Source: Macrostomum lignano (taxonomy: Eukaryota). From it: DNA of 64,000 bases. Position numbers and translations under genes: made by a program. Below, in pieces: positions 30,285 through 41,318 of this stretch. The DNA is taken from the NCBI GenBank assembly GCA_002269645.1, contig NIVC01001667.1, positions 64,876 through 128,875 of the forward strand, in the 5' to 3' direction. The number at the start of each line of letters is the position of its first letter. The first letter of the stretch is position 1. Below the pieces are notes generated by a model. It saw only the letters and a program-made list of their open reading frames with translations, searched no databases and was not told where the DNA came from.

Positions 30285-31286
30285 TCAATGCCGCGTTGCG
30301 GCGTCACCGAAGCCACCAGACAATGTGCTGGCGTCGTCATTAACCAAGTCTCCCGCCGTCATTTTGGCAGTTTTGCCTGTCTGGGCAGTGCCTCGGGAAC
30401 GAGCAGTCTCTGACAGTCTCTCAGAGTCAGCTTCTCGACGACTTCTGCTGCCGCCGGTGGACGAAGCTTCCACAACAGTGAGTGACAGAACGCACTGCTG
30501 TGAGTCATTCTGTCGTAGAGACACCGCCGACACTCGACAGCTGCTGGAGCAGTTGACGTCAACCAGAAGCTCGCTCGGAAAGTCGACAGTTGCTGACGAA
30601 GCGTCGGCCTCGGTAGCTGCCGGGCCCAGCGCCCGAGCGAGTTGCTGACGGTCGAGCTTGAGGCGAAAAGTGCTGCCACGGCTGCGGCCGTTGCTGCTGC
30701 TACGAGTGGCAGTTTCTGCGGAGCATAGGTAGTTCTGCTGCTGCTGCTGCTGCTGCTGCTCTTCCTGATCGTTGTTGTCGTTGCTGTTGTTATCTGAAAC
30801 TGTTGGCTGCGCCGGTAGACTCTGCTTGGCAACAAGGACCGTATCGTGAGACCGTTCGTTGTCCGAACGCATGTAGTAGCAGTGAGTTGAGCTGTCGCGA
30901 TGCAGTTGGGAGCTGCTCTGCTGCACGAGGCAGCTGCTGATGTCGGATATACCGATCAGAGTGTTCGGTTTTGAGTCGCTAGATGCTGTGTCGCTATCAC
31001 GGTCAAGAGAGGCAATCGAGCTGCTAGTCACGGCCTCTTCGTTGCTAATGTAAGTAAATTTTCGGACGCAGCGGCTGCTGACGTCTCGACAGATGCTCAG
31101 TCGTCGGCTGTGGGTAACGCGGAGAACGTCCTTGCTTGGAGTTCGCACCCGGCTTTTGAGTCGGTCGACAGCTATGCCGAACGCGATTTGAAAGCATCGC
31201 TGATCTTTTAGGTTCTGTTTTCCAAGTGGCTGGGATTTTTTCTTGCTCGTTACAGAATTTCTCTGCTTGCTGGGAGAATCAATCAT
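30285..31286 (-). CDS. Uncharacterised Ser/Gln-rich protein, 333 aa, no recognisable domain
   Basis: 1002-nt non-repetitive, GC/CpG-rich ORF between AT-rich flanks, with a poly-Q tract like the other exons here. It could be a terminal exon (an AG lies 6 nt 5' of the ATG). Confidence 0.6.
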   Translation of the reverse strand: MIDSPSKQRNSVTSKKKSQPLGKQNLKDQRCFQIAFGIAVDRLKSRVRTPSKDVLRVTHSRRLSICRDVSSRCVRKFTYISNEEAVTSSSIASLDRDSDTASSDSKPNTLIGISDISSCLVQQSSSQLHRDSSTHCYYMRSDNERSHDTVLVAKQSLPAQPTVSDNNSNDNNDQEEQQQQQQQQNYLCSAETATRSSSNGRSRGSTFRLKLDRQQLARALGPAATEADASSATVDFPSELLVDVNCSSSCRVSAVSLRQNDSQQCVLSLTVVEASSTGGSRSRREADSERLSETARSRGTAQTGKTAKMTAGDLVNDDASTLSGGFGDAATRH

Positions 31287-31976
31287 TTTCTTCTAAGCTT
31301 GTCACCAGTTTTGTGCTCACCTAACTAAGAGAACGAACTCAGCCTGCTTGCTGGCTTAATCTCAAACAACATTATTATCATTATTTATTAATTTGTAATT
31401 GTCTATGGCTAAAGTTCCAAGCTTCAATCCCGAGAACTACATGCCAAGAAGGCAGCAGATGTTAAAAATTAGTGGCTCTTGGCACAAAAACAGGCTAGAA
31501 ATTCTACACTTCTCTAGCGGAGATTTTTACAAGCTGCATTATTTATGTACGCATAAGAGGGACTCCATCTTTTGCGAGCATATATGCATGTAGACAGATT
31601 TTTGCTGAGTATATTACCAGGAAATTGAACACAGAACAGAGGAATAGAAAGCAAAGAGAGAATATTGGCCTGCACAACAAGAGGCAGGCTTCTGAATCTC
31701 CATTAGCCAAAACCTGGAGATCTACTCACCCCTGGCAGTACAACTTAGGAGAGTACACTCCCTCCTCAGAAACAATGGGACACCCGCGCGTGCTGGTACA
31801 GGTCTTGTAGTAGGTAAGGGGACAGCATTCTCCTGCCAATTTTCTTTCCCACCATCCAGCCTCAGCGGCCCACTGGTGTTTAAAAGCAGGTACCTGACTG
31901 ATGAAAGGCTTGGAAACCCTGCAGAATCCGGGATCTCTAGCTGGATTGTGAACTCTAAAACAGCATTGCTCCCCGT

Positions 31977-34562
31977 ATGGTTCGTGTCTGCCTAGCCAAG
32001 CAGCTTCAGCGGCAGTTTAGAGGCTGGAGACGGCACGCGTGTCTGCTGTGCCTGCTTCTAGCATTTGTTCTGCTGTACAATCGTCCACTTTCAGAAAGAG
32101 ACAATTACAGTGATAAAAGTGCAGCATCCCTGATGCAGCAGACTGCTATTGCTGATTCAAAACCAAGTTTAAATGTCGATTTAACAACAAGCATAGCAGT
32201 AAAGAAGCTATTGTCAATGACTACTCGGACTCCGCGACATGATTCACCCGCGACAACTGTTGCCACAAGTAGTCGTGCCCGTACAAGCACAACATTGTAA
32301 GATTTTTCTTCATGAAATTTGCCCTCTATGCCATTGAGGTTAGGATTAGGATTAGGGACTAGATTAGGTTTAGGGTTACAGCTAGGGTTAGCAGTCAGCT
32401 GTCATCGGCAGTCAGTTGCTGTAGCTGCATGGTTACCGCATCTTCAATTTTAAAATAGATTTGCTTGACTCATTTCATGTTGCAGAAAACCTGCAGTATC
32501 TACAACCGCTAAACATATGCTCCGGAAACCGAAAAAGCAACTCAAACCTTTAGACAAATGCTGGGAGGCCAAATCGGAGCAGTACGACCAAGCCACCTGG
32601 GACCGGGTATGCTACCGACCCAGGCACACGAGAAATTTGTGCTATATCAAACGCTTAACCGCCTTTCCCAAGCTGGCTAGCGAGCAGTTCGCCCACCTCG
32701 AGTCGCTGGCACTGACAGTGGCGACTTACTCTAGCGAGGACGAGACCTCCCGACGATTATTGTCGGGCGCTGACAAGGGCTACGAAGCTGTTGAGACGGT
32801 GCTCGAACTCCTCGGCGGCAAAGATGAAACGGATCAAAATCACTGGCTATTGGATATTGGCTCCGGCCTTGGCGTGTTTACCTTGGCAACCGTCTCTAGG
32901 GGGCGCTGGGCGGCCGCTGTGGAAGCGAATCACCACAGCCTGGCGCGGCTGGCTGTCTCCCTGGTCAGCGCGGCCGCAACCGGAGCCGTGGTCGCGAGTG
33001 GCGGAGAGCAGGACGGGAAAATGCCTCCGCGGCCGAAGGAGGTGACAGCTCGGCTGTTCTGGAACGTTCTGCAATCCGCGTCGGTCTCTGGAAGTGGCGA
33101 AACAGCAGGGCGCTCTGGAACTCGCTCTGGGGCGCGAAACTCTCATATGTTGGCTTACCGAGTAAGACTCATGTCAAATCAATGCTTGATGATCGAAAAT
33201 CTAATAGTTGAAGCAGTTATCCTGCTATATAAACATATGGCTTTATCTACAAGGGTTCTCAAACCGTCAGAGTGAAGTCATATCATATCGATTAAAATTA
33301 TCCGTCAGAGATCTTGAAATTATTAGTAAAAGTTGCAAAAATATGTGAGCTTGTTCCTGACACAGAGTAAGTCTCCATCGCCCAGTGGTTGGTTAGTTAT
33401 AGTTCCCTATGGGTAGGTGCTTTTGGGCACTGTCAAGGAGACAATCGACCTCGACCCGCATCCACCGAAGAGGCAAGCAGTTATGCCCTTCCGCTGAGAC
33501 CCTTGAGCATGCACCCTCACACAGGACGTGCAGCGGCCCTGACTTTCAGGAATGAACAGACTCTGTGCCTAAGGGTTGGCCCTCAGAATTTACAATTGTT
33601 GTGGACGAGCGCACGAAATAGAACCGAAGGTACAATGTGCGAGAGTTGTACGCCTTGCTGCTGAACTTCTGTACCTGAGTTAAAAAGATTGTCTCTAGGG
33701 CGTCACCACTGGGGGTGACAGGGGGACATGTCCTCCCCCAAGTAAAAGCTATGGGGGCCTTCCTCTCTCCGCCCCACCTTGTGAACCGTTATGGAAATCA
33801 ATAATTTTTCTTTAGGGGGTGCCAAAATGACTGGCGCCAAAATGAGTGCTAACAACACCGATTTCCAAAATAATGTAGAAATTTAGTCAAGTGGAATTCT
33901 GGGCTTTGCCCCCCCCCCACGAAATCCATGGCGACGCCCCTGGGTTGTCTATATTTACCTGTTTGAGCAACCAATCAGTGCTACGCTCGTACTCGTATAA
34001 AGGACTCTACGCTCGTACCGTCCTGACCCCATGCGGGATTACAGCAGCGCCCGCAATCAACCATCATTCATCGCAGGTGGTCTCCAACGCATGCGTGGAT
34101 CTCACCAGACCGCGACTTCTGCCAGCGTTCTCTGAGTCGTCAAGTTACGGGGACGCTGGTCCATCGACCAGCCACGAGGAGGAAGCTATCGAAGAAGAGG
34201 TCGACAGAGTTCGAGTTGGCGACGTCCGACTCGACGTGATTCTCGCATCGATGTCGCCATGGCCAGCGCCGAAGCTGCTGATCAAGTGGGACATGGCGTT
34301 CGCCGGGCTGAGCAGCCTGCAGCTCGCCGCCAGCGGTCCGCTCTCGTGGTCGAACGTGACGGGCGTGCTGCTGCTTGGGGTGCCGGCCGAATCTGCGGCT
34401 GCTGCGGCTCGGCTAATGTCCGAGCAGCTGCGCTTTGCTCCGCACAAGCTGCTGGCTTCCTCAGCAGGGGCGGAGCCGTCCGTTGATGATCCCGGAGCCA
34501 GGTTGGACTTGTCAGAAGTTGACACCTGGCCGAAAGATGTCATGTGGCTTCGAGAGACGTAG
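31977..34562 (+). CDS. Type II membrane protein with a SAM-dependent (FkbM-like) methyltransferase domain, 493 aa
   Basis: Exons 31977-32296, 32486-33161 and 34077-34562 join in frame (1482 nt). N-terminal signal-anchor (ACLLCLLLAFVLLY), Ser/Thr stem, motif I LLDIGSGLGVFTL, acidic motif AVEAN, LIKWDM (cf. IKMDxEG) and C-terminal WPKDVMW. Confidence 0.72.
33695..33942. mobile_element. hAT-type MITE in methyltransferase intron 2
   Basis: TIRs CTAGGGCGTCACCA / TGGCGACGCCCCTG; 8-bp flanks GATTGTCT / GGTTGTCT (7/8 match). Confidence 0.7.
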
Positions 34563-34974
34563 CCAGCCAAGGACCATTTTTGGTAGTATAGGAACAAGAA
34601 AATTCCCAAGAACATACTCGTAAATGCGAATTATGTTTTCTTGTATTTGGAAATTCCAGTTTGTGAATTTCAGCGTGTACTCTTGTGTCAATGATGATAT
34701 ATTTTTGAAGGCTTTCTCGATTTCATTAGAAACTATTGGAGACGTAAGCGATAGTTCCGTGAGTTTTCTAAATAGATCTTTTGGTGGAAGGAAGTTTTAC
34801 TACAGACAATTTTCCTGTTTTCCAGTAACCATGCCGTTCTGATTAAGAAGTTTATAAGGTGTTGAAAATTATCAAATTTAGCAATAAAACTAGAAATCTT
34901 GTGCCCTTCGGGGCGTCCAATAAGCAAGGCGCAAGGGACGAAAATTATTTATGTATATCCTATCCTTATGTGTA

Positions 34975-35250
34975 AGTCTTGAAGTCTCAGCGATTCCACC
35001 AGTGAGCTTTGATATCTTAGCACTTCCCCCCGTAAGCCTTGACATTTAAGCAATTCCCCCGGTAAGCCTGGAAATTGTAGCAATTCCCCCGGTAAGCCTG
35101 GAAATTTTAGCAATTCCCCCGGTAAGCCTGGAAATTTCAGCAATTCCCCCAGTAAGCCTTGACATCTCAGCAGTTAAACTCGAGTTTGACATCTCATCAA
35201 TGCCCCCAGTAAGCTTTGCCATCTCAGCCGTTCCCCCGTAAGCCTTGAAA
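34975..35250 (+). repeat. 30-bp degenerate minisatellite (CAATTCCCCCGGTAAGCCTGGAAATTTAG)
   Basis: Direct observation. Confidence 0.8.
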
Positions 35251-35331
35251 TAAAAATTTGTAAAACTTTCCAACTTACAAATGTACGTGCTACGTGTGAA
35301 TTGAGCCTTCAAATAAAATACTGTTACCTAC

Positions 35332-35486
35332 CAGTGGCGTAGGGAGGGGGGATCAGGGGGGATGTATCCCCCCCGAAGAGCCTGACCAAAACTTTTTTGT
35401 TGCCCTTTTTCGCTATACATGCTACCATGTGAAGCACTTTTACCTTGGTGTATCCCCCCCGTAGGAAATTCCTGGCTACGCCCCTG
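35332..35486. mobile_element. 155-bp hAT-type MITE
   Basis: TIRs CAGTGGCGTAG / CTACGCCCCTG; perfect 8-bp TSD TTACCTAC on both sides. Confidence 0.85.
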
Positions 35487-36483
35487 TTACCTACTACGTT
35501 GCCACCCAAATTGATTCACTGCTTATTCTACCAAGTGATGACATAATATACAATTATTCCTGTCTAACCAAAAAATTTCTGCTCTCATCAGCATACATTT
35601 TTGTTCAACAAGCTTAAATCATTTCTCCCGATTGTTGAGAATCAGAACCTTATAGACTACTTATAATTCCCATTAGTAGTGCAACTGTTCCATGAATCGC
35701 AATTTTTGTTTTTAGACTATAGAAAACCGTTTTATTTAATTAAATTAGCAATTGTCTTAAAAAATCACTGGAATTAAATTCGCGAACTAGATAAAATGTT
35801 AAATAGCTATACAATACAATTACAACTTTTCAATGTGTGCTCTGAAAGACAGATGGATGTAAAATCTAAGGTTACAGGTTAATTACAAATGCAAGCCTTT
35901 GCAGCTAGCAAAACCTGATAACAGACATCGGTTGGTCCCCCTCCATCTATCTAAATCCACAGGCATCCCCACGCGAGGGTTCTGATTCTTTTCTGAAGTC
36001 GCCAACTATTGCATAGGTAAGCTAGACAGACAGACGCATAGATATTAAGGGTCATGGTTTGGTCTGTCTTGGTTCTGTCTGCAAAGGCAATGAATGGTTG
36101 GCAGAAAAAAAAACTTTACGAATGGAAGAAGGATAGAGAGGGGGAGTGGTTGGCGTAGGGGTGGGGTGGCATTAATTCACAGGTTACATTGTGGTAGTGG
36201 TAAGTGGTAACCTATATTACCTGGGCTAATAAAGCGTATAAATATAAACTATGCATGGTAAGCAGTACTAAGAGATTGGCTCGGTAAGGGAATTAAGAAA
36301 ATGGAGGACAGAACAGAAAGAAAAGGGAAAATTAAGAGTTTTTGTTTGAGTCGGCAATTGGCATTGCCCTTATAGTTGCTGCCGCCACCAATTCATGCAG
36401 CAAGTCGAAGAAAGGGTTCGTTAGTCACGGAGTTCAAAGATTCTGAGTGGGATGCGGAAGGGTGGTACAGTGGTACTTGATTT

Positions 36484-36891
36484 GCCAGCACCAAGGGGCG
36501 CCAGCACCAAGGGGCGCCAGCACCAAGGGGCGCCAGCACCAAGGGGCGCCAGCACCAAGGGGCGCCAGCACCAAGGGGCGCCAGCACCAAGGGGCGCCAG
36601 CACCAAGGGGCGCCAGCACCAAGGGGCGCCAGCACCAAGGGGCGCCAGCACCAAGGGGCGCCAGCACCAAGGGGCGCCAGCACCAAGGGGCGCCAGCACC
36701 AAGGGGCGCCAGCACCAAGGGGCGCCAGCACCAAGGGGCGCCAGCACCAAGGGGCGCCAGCACCAAGGGGCGCCAGCACCAAGGGGCGCCAGCACCAAGG
36801 GGCGCCAGCACCAAGGGGCGCCAGCACCAAGGGGCGCCAGCACCAAGGGGCGCCAGCACCAAGGGGCGCCAGCACCAAGGGGCGCCAGCAC
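36484..36891 (+). repeat. Perfect 16-bp minisatellite (GCCAGCACCAAGGGGC), ~25 copies
   Basis: Direct observation. Confidence 0.97.
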
Positions 36892-37924
36892 ATAAAAATA
36901 CCGTTTTTAGAATTCTATCCCTAATTTAAAATGGAACAGACAGTTTCCACTCCAGATAGTAGTGAAATCTAGTAGTCCCTGTCTGGTGTGGTGGCGTAGC
37001 GTAAAAAAGCACTGCAAATCTGCAATTGCATTGGCGCGTTGGCCCAGTCCAGCCGCGCGCGCCTGTGTGGCGGTAAAGATCAAAGAGAAGTTAGCTTTGG
37101 TCGGACGGGGAGAGGTTATAATGGAGCCTTGCGCGCAGAGGGGCGGTTGGCGGGTCGGGTGGGCTTATATGGGCGGGCCCCCTAAATTGGTTGAATTGAG
37201 AACAGTGGCCGGCGGCCGGTATTGTGAAAATTGTCCAGTGGCCATAATACTTTATCCTACTATATGTATATATAATACAATACTTCATTCGCGCCGACGC
37301 ACACTAATATTGCACCACAAAATGCCCCCCAATACCACTTGAATTCGAATGCAATGCCACTCTCTCTGCATATGCAATTACATACAGCATTGCACTGGCT
37401 CTTTCTAAACACGCAAAAAAACAATTAAAATTTTGCGACTCTTCTCAACTCAATTTAAAACAGTCTCACTAGTGGAAATGGTTTAAATAATAGCATTTTT
37501 GTTTAAATTTAACGCTTTTTTAATCGATTCAAATTTTCAATCAAATCACGTGTGGGTGTTGGCGTGTGGGACATGAGTTGAGAGTCGAGAGCTGAGCTGA
37601 TCCCTTCCTTCATTTCTATTCTATTTTTGCCATTCATTGATTTGAGTAGATCATTGTCTCTACATTGTATCATTTCACATCACATTGTTGTAAACGATCA
37701 AATATGAATAAAAGAGGCCGGATCCCACATTCCCAACTCAAAATACACAGGCAAAGTTTTAGAAGTAGAAATAAAACTAGCAATCTTCGCCCCCCGATGG
37801 GGGACATCTGGATAGAATCTCTGTTCTCTACAAGTAACAAAAAGACAGCCAGAAAATCCTTCACAAAGACAACAGACAAACTGCTCAAATGAAGTGAATT
37901 GCAATAAGAAATCTTCCCAAGACC

Positions 37925-38550
37925 ACAAGCATCCCCCAGATAGCAAGCATTCCCCAGATAGCAAGCATCCCTCAAATAGCAAGCATCCCCAGATAGCAAG
38001 CATCCCCCAGATAGCAAGCATCCCCCAGATAGCAAGCATCCCCCAGATAGCAAACATCCCCCAGATAGCAAGCATCCCCCAGATAGCAAGCATTCCCCAG
38101 ATAGCAAACATTCCCCAGATAGCAAGCATTCCCCAGATAGCAAGCATCCCTCAGATAGCAAGCATACCCCAAATAGCAAGCATCCCTCAGATAGCAAGCA
38201 TCCCTCAGATAGCAAGCATCCCCAGATAGCAAGCATCACTCAGATAGCAAGCATCCCTCAGATAGCAAGCATCCACCAGATAGCAAGCATCCCTCAGATA
38301 GCAAGCATCCCCAAATTGCAAGCATCGCCCAGATAGCAAGCATCCCCCAGAAAGCAAGCATCCTCCAAATAGCAAGCATCCCCCAGATAGCAAGCATCAC
38401 TCAGATAGCAAGCATCCCTCAGATAGCAAGCATCCACCAGATAGCAAGCATCCCTCAGATAGCAAGCATCCCCCAAATTGCAAGCATCGCCCAGATAGCA
38501 AGCATCCCCCAGAAAGCAAGCATCCCCCAAATAGCAACCATCCACCAGAC
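37925..38550 (+). repeat. 18-bp minisatellite (CCCCCAGATAGCAAGCAT)
   Basis: Direct observation. Confidence 0.95.
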
Positions 38551-38649
38551 AAAAAGTAGCTAGAGCGACAATTTCCTTAGCTTTATAGTGGCTCCTTTAT
38601 ATTGGCATGGCGCTTTATACCTTTACATTTGAAATTGTATATCTTGAAT

Positions 38650-40720
38650 GTTTGACATGGTGGCTCTTTTATGTTTGACATGGTGGCTCTTTATTGTTCG
38701 ACATGGTGGCTTTTTTATGTTTGACATGGTGGCTCTTGTATGTTCGACATGGTGGCTCTTTTAATGGTCGACATGGTGGCTCTTTAATGTTCTTCATGTT
38801 GGCTCTTTTATGTTTGACATGCTGGCTTTTTTATGTTTGACATGGTGGCTCTTTTATGTTCGACATGGTGGCTCTTTTATGTTCTACATGGCTGCTCTTT
38901 TATGTTCGACATGGTGGCTCTTGTATGTTCGACATGGTCGCTCTTTTGGGTTTGAAATGGTGGCTCTTTAATATTTGACAAGGTGGCCCTTTAATGTTTA
39001 ACATGGTGGCTCTTTAAATTTCGAAATGGTGGCTCCTTAATTTTCGAAATGGTGGCTGTTTTATGTTTGACATGGTGGCTCTTTAATGTTCGACATGGTG
39101 GCTCTTTAATGTTCTTAATGGTGTCTGTTTTATGTTTGACATGGTGGCTCTTTATTGTTCGACATGGTGGCTCTTTAATTTTCGAAATGGTGGCTGTTTT
39201 ATGTTTGACATGGTGGCTCTTTAATATTTGACAAGGTGGCCCTTTAATGTTTAACATGGTGGCTCTTTAATTTTCGAAATGGTGGCTCCTTAATTTTCGA
39301 AATGGTGGCTCTTTTATGTTTGACATGGTGGCTCTTTAATGTTCGACATGGTGGCTCTTTAATGTTCGACATGGTGGCTCTTTAATGTTCTTAATGGTGT
39401 CTGTTTTATGTTCGACATGGTGGCTCTTTTATGTTCGACATGGTGGCTCTTTAATGTTCGACATGGTGGCTCATTTAGGTTTGAAATGGTGGCTCTTTAA
39501 TGTTTGACATTGTGGCTCTTTAATATTGGACAAGGTGGCTCTTTAATGTTCGACATGGTGGCTCCTTAATTTTCGAAATGGTGGCTCCTTAATTTTCGAA
39601 ATGGTGGCTGCTTTATGTTTGACATGGTGGCTCTTTAATGTTTGACATGGTAACTCTTTTATGTTTGATATGGTGGCTCTTTTATGTTCGACATGGTGGC
39701 TCTTTAATGTTCGACATGGTGGCTCCTTTAGGTTTGAAATGGTGGCTCTTTAATGTTTGACATTGTGGCTCTTTTATGTTCGACATGGTGGCTCTTTTAG
39801 GTTTGACATGGTGACTCTTAAATGTTTGACATGGTGGCTCTTTAATGTTTCACATGGTGGCTCTTTAATATTTGACATAAAGTCACATATATGTTTGACA
39901 TGGTGGCTCCTAAATGTTTGACATGGTGGCTCTTTAATGTTCGACATGGTGGCTCCTTAATTTTCGAAATGGTGGCTCCTTAATTTTCGAAATGGTGGCT
40001 GCTTTATGTTTGACATGGTGGCTCTTTAATGTTTGACATGGTAACTCTTTTATGTTTGATATGGTGGCTCTTTTATGTTCGACATGGTGGCTCTTTAATG
40101 TTCGACATGGTGGCTCCTTTAGGTTTGAAATGGTGGCTCTTTAATGTTTGACATTGTGGCTCTTTTATGTTCGACATGGTGGCTCTTTTAGGTTTGACAT
40201 GGTGACTCTTAAATGTTTGACATGGTGGCTCTTTAATGTTTCACATGGTGGCTCTTTAATATTTGACATAAAGTCACATATATGTTTGACATGGTGGCTC
40301 CTAAATGTTTGACATGGTGGCTCTTTATGTTTGACATGGTGGCTCTTTTATGTTCGACATGGTGGATCTTTTTTGTTCTACATGGTAACTCTTTTATGTT
40401 TGATACGGTGGCTTTTGAATGTCTGACATGTTGGCTCTTTTATGTTTGACATCGTGGCTCTTAATTGTTTGACATAGTGGCTCTTTAATGTTCAAAATGG
40501 TGGCTCTTTAATGTTCGAAATGGTGGCTCTTTAATGTTCGAAATGGTGGCTGTTTTATGTTTGACATGGTGGCTCTTTTATGTTTGACATGGTGGCTCTT
40601 TAATGTTCGACATGGTAGCTCTTTAATGTTCGACATGGTAGCTCTTTTATGTTTGACATGGTAACTCTTTTATGTTCGATATGTTGGCTCTTCTATGTTT
40701 GACATTGCGCTTCTTTGATG
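38650..40720 (+). repeat. ~23-bp minisatellite (ATGTTTGACATGGTGGCTCTTTT), ~90 copies, with higher-order duplication
   Basis: Direct observation. Confidence 0.95.
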
Positions 40721-40769
40721 TTTAGCAGTTTTGTGTGTTTTTAAGGTGTTTTAATAAAAAAATCTTTTT

Positions 40770-40835
40770 GCACTACTATGATTCGAACCCAGGTCGCTAC
40801 ATTAGCATTCCAGTCTGTTCGCATCAGGGCTATCT
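40770..40835 (-). pseudogene. Degenerate tRNA-like sequence (tRNA pseudogene or SINE head)
   Basis: Minus strand GATAGCCCTGATGCGAACAGACTGGAATGCTAATGTAGCGACCTGGGTTCGAATC has a B box (GGTTCGAATC) and an anticodon-arm-like CTGGA-ATGCTAA-TGTAG; the stems are broken. Confidence 0.45.
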
Positions 40836-41218
40836 CTTTTCAATTGGAGAACATGAATTGTGGCCCTTATAATTCAATTCTTACAGCAAGTCAATTGGAG
40901 TAAAAAGTTATGACATAATCAATTTCTCAGTCAGCCAGTATCAGTCTCAATTTAAGTTAGCAATATGGTTACGCAATTTAAATCAAGTCGTGTGTGCATT
41001 TCTTCGGTACTGTTTTTAACTTGTTGTGATGCAATCTTTATCACAATCGGAATTCAGTCAGTCAGTTTTTTCTCTAGCATTCTTACAATGCATTTCAGGT
41101 CGAAAGAGCTGCTTGACCTTTGCAAAAAAGCATGTTTTTCGAATATTTAATCCCTTTAAAATTGAGCAATTTCTTAGCCAAGATGCATGTACCGTCCCAG
41201 GAAAATTTCTGATCGAAT

Positions 41219-41318
41219 GGTGCAAGTTTGAAGAAAATCGGTTGAGCCATTTTTTCTGAAATCTATCGCATACCTACCTACCTACCTACCCACAGACAAC
41301 TCATTTTTAGTATATAGG
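41219..41318 (+). mobile_element. Helentron/HINE (DINE-1/Lep1-like) 3' terminal module
   Basis: GTGCAAGTTTGAAGAAAATCGGTTGAGCCATTTT, then a (CCTA)n microsatellite and CATTTTTAGTATATAGG: the layout typical of these non-autonomous elements (recognised from memory, not aligned). Confidence 0.5.

Noticed and set aside
31885-31950. Hammerhead-ribozyme-like core (CTGATGA..GAAAC)
   Set aside because: Stem II cannot form (AAGGCTTG) and stems I/III need bulges; not supportable without a covariance-model hit.
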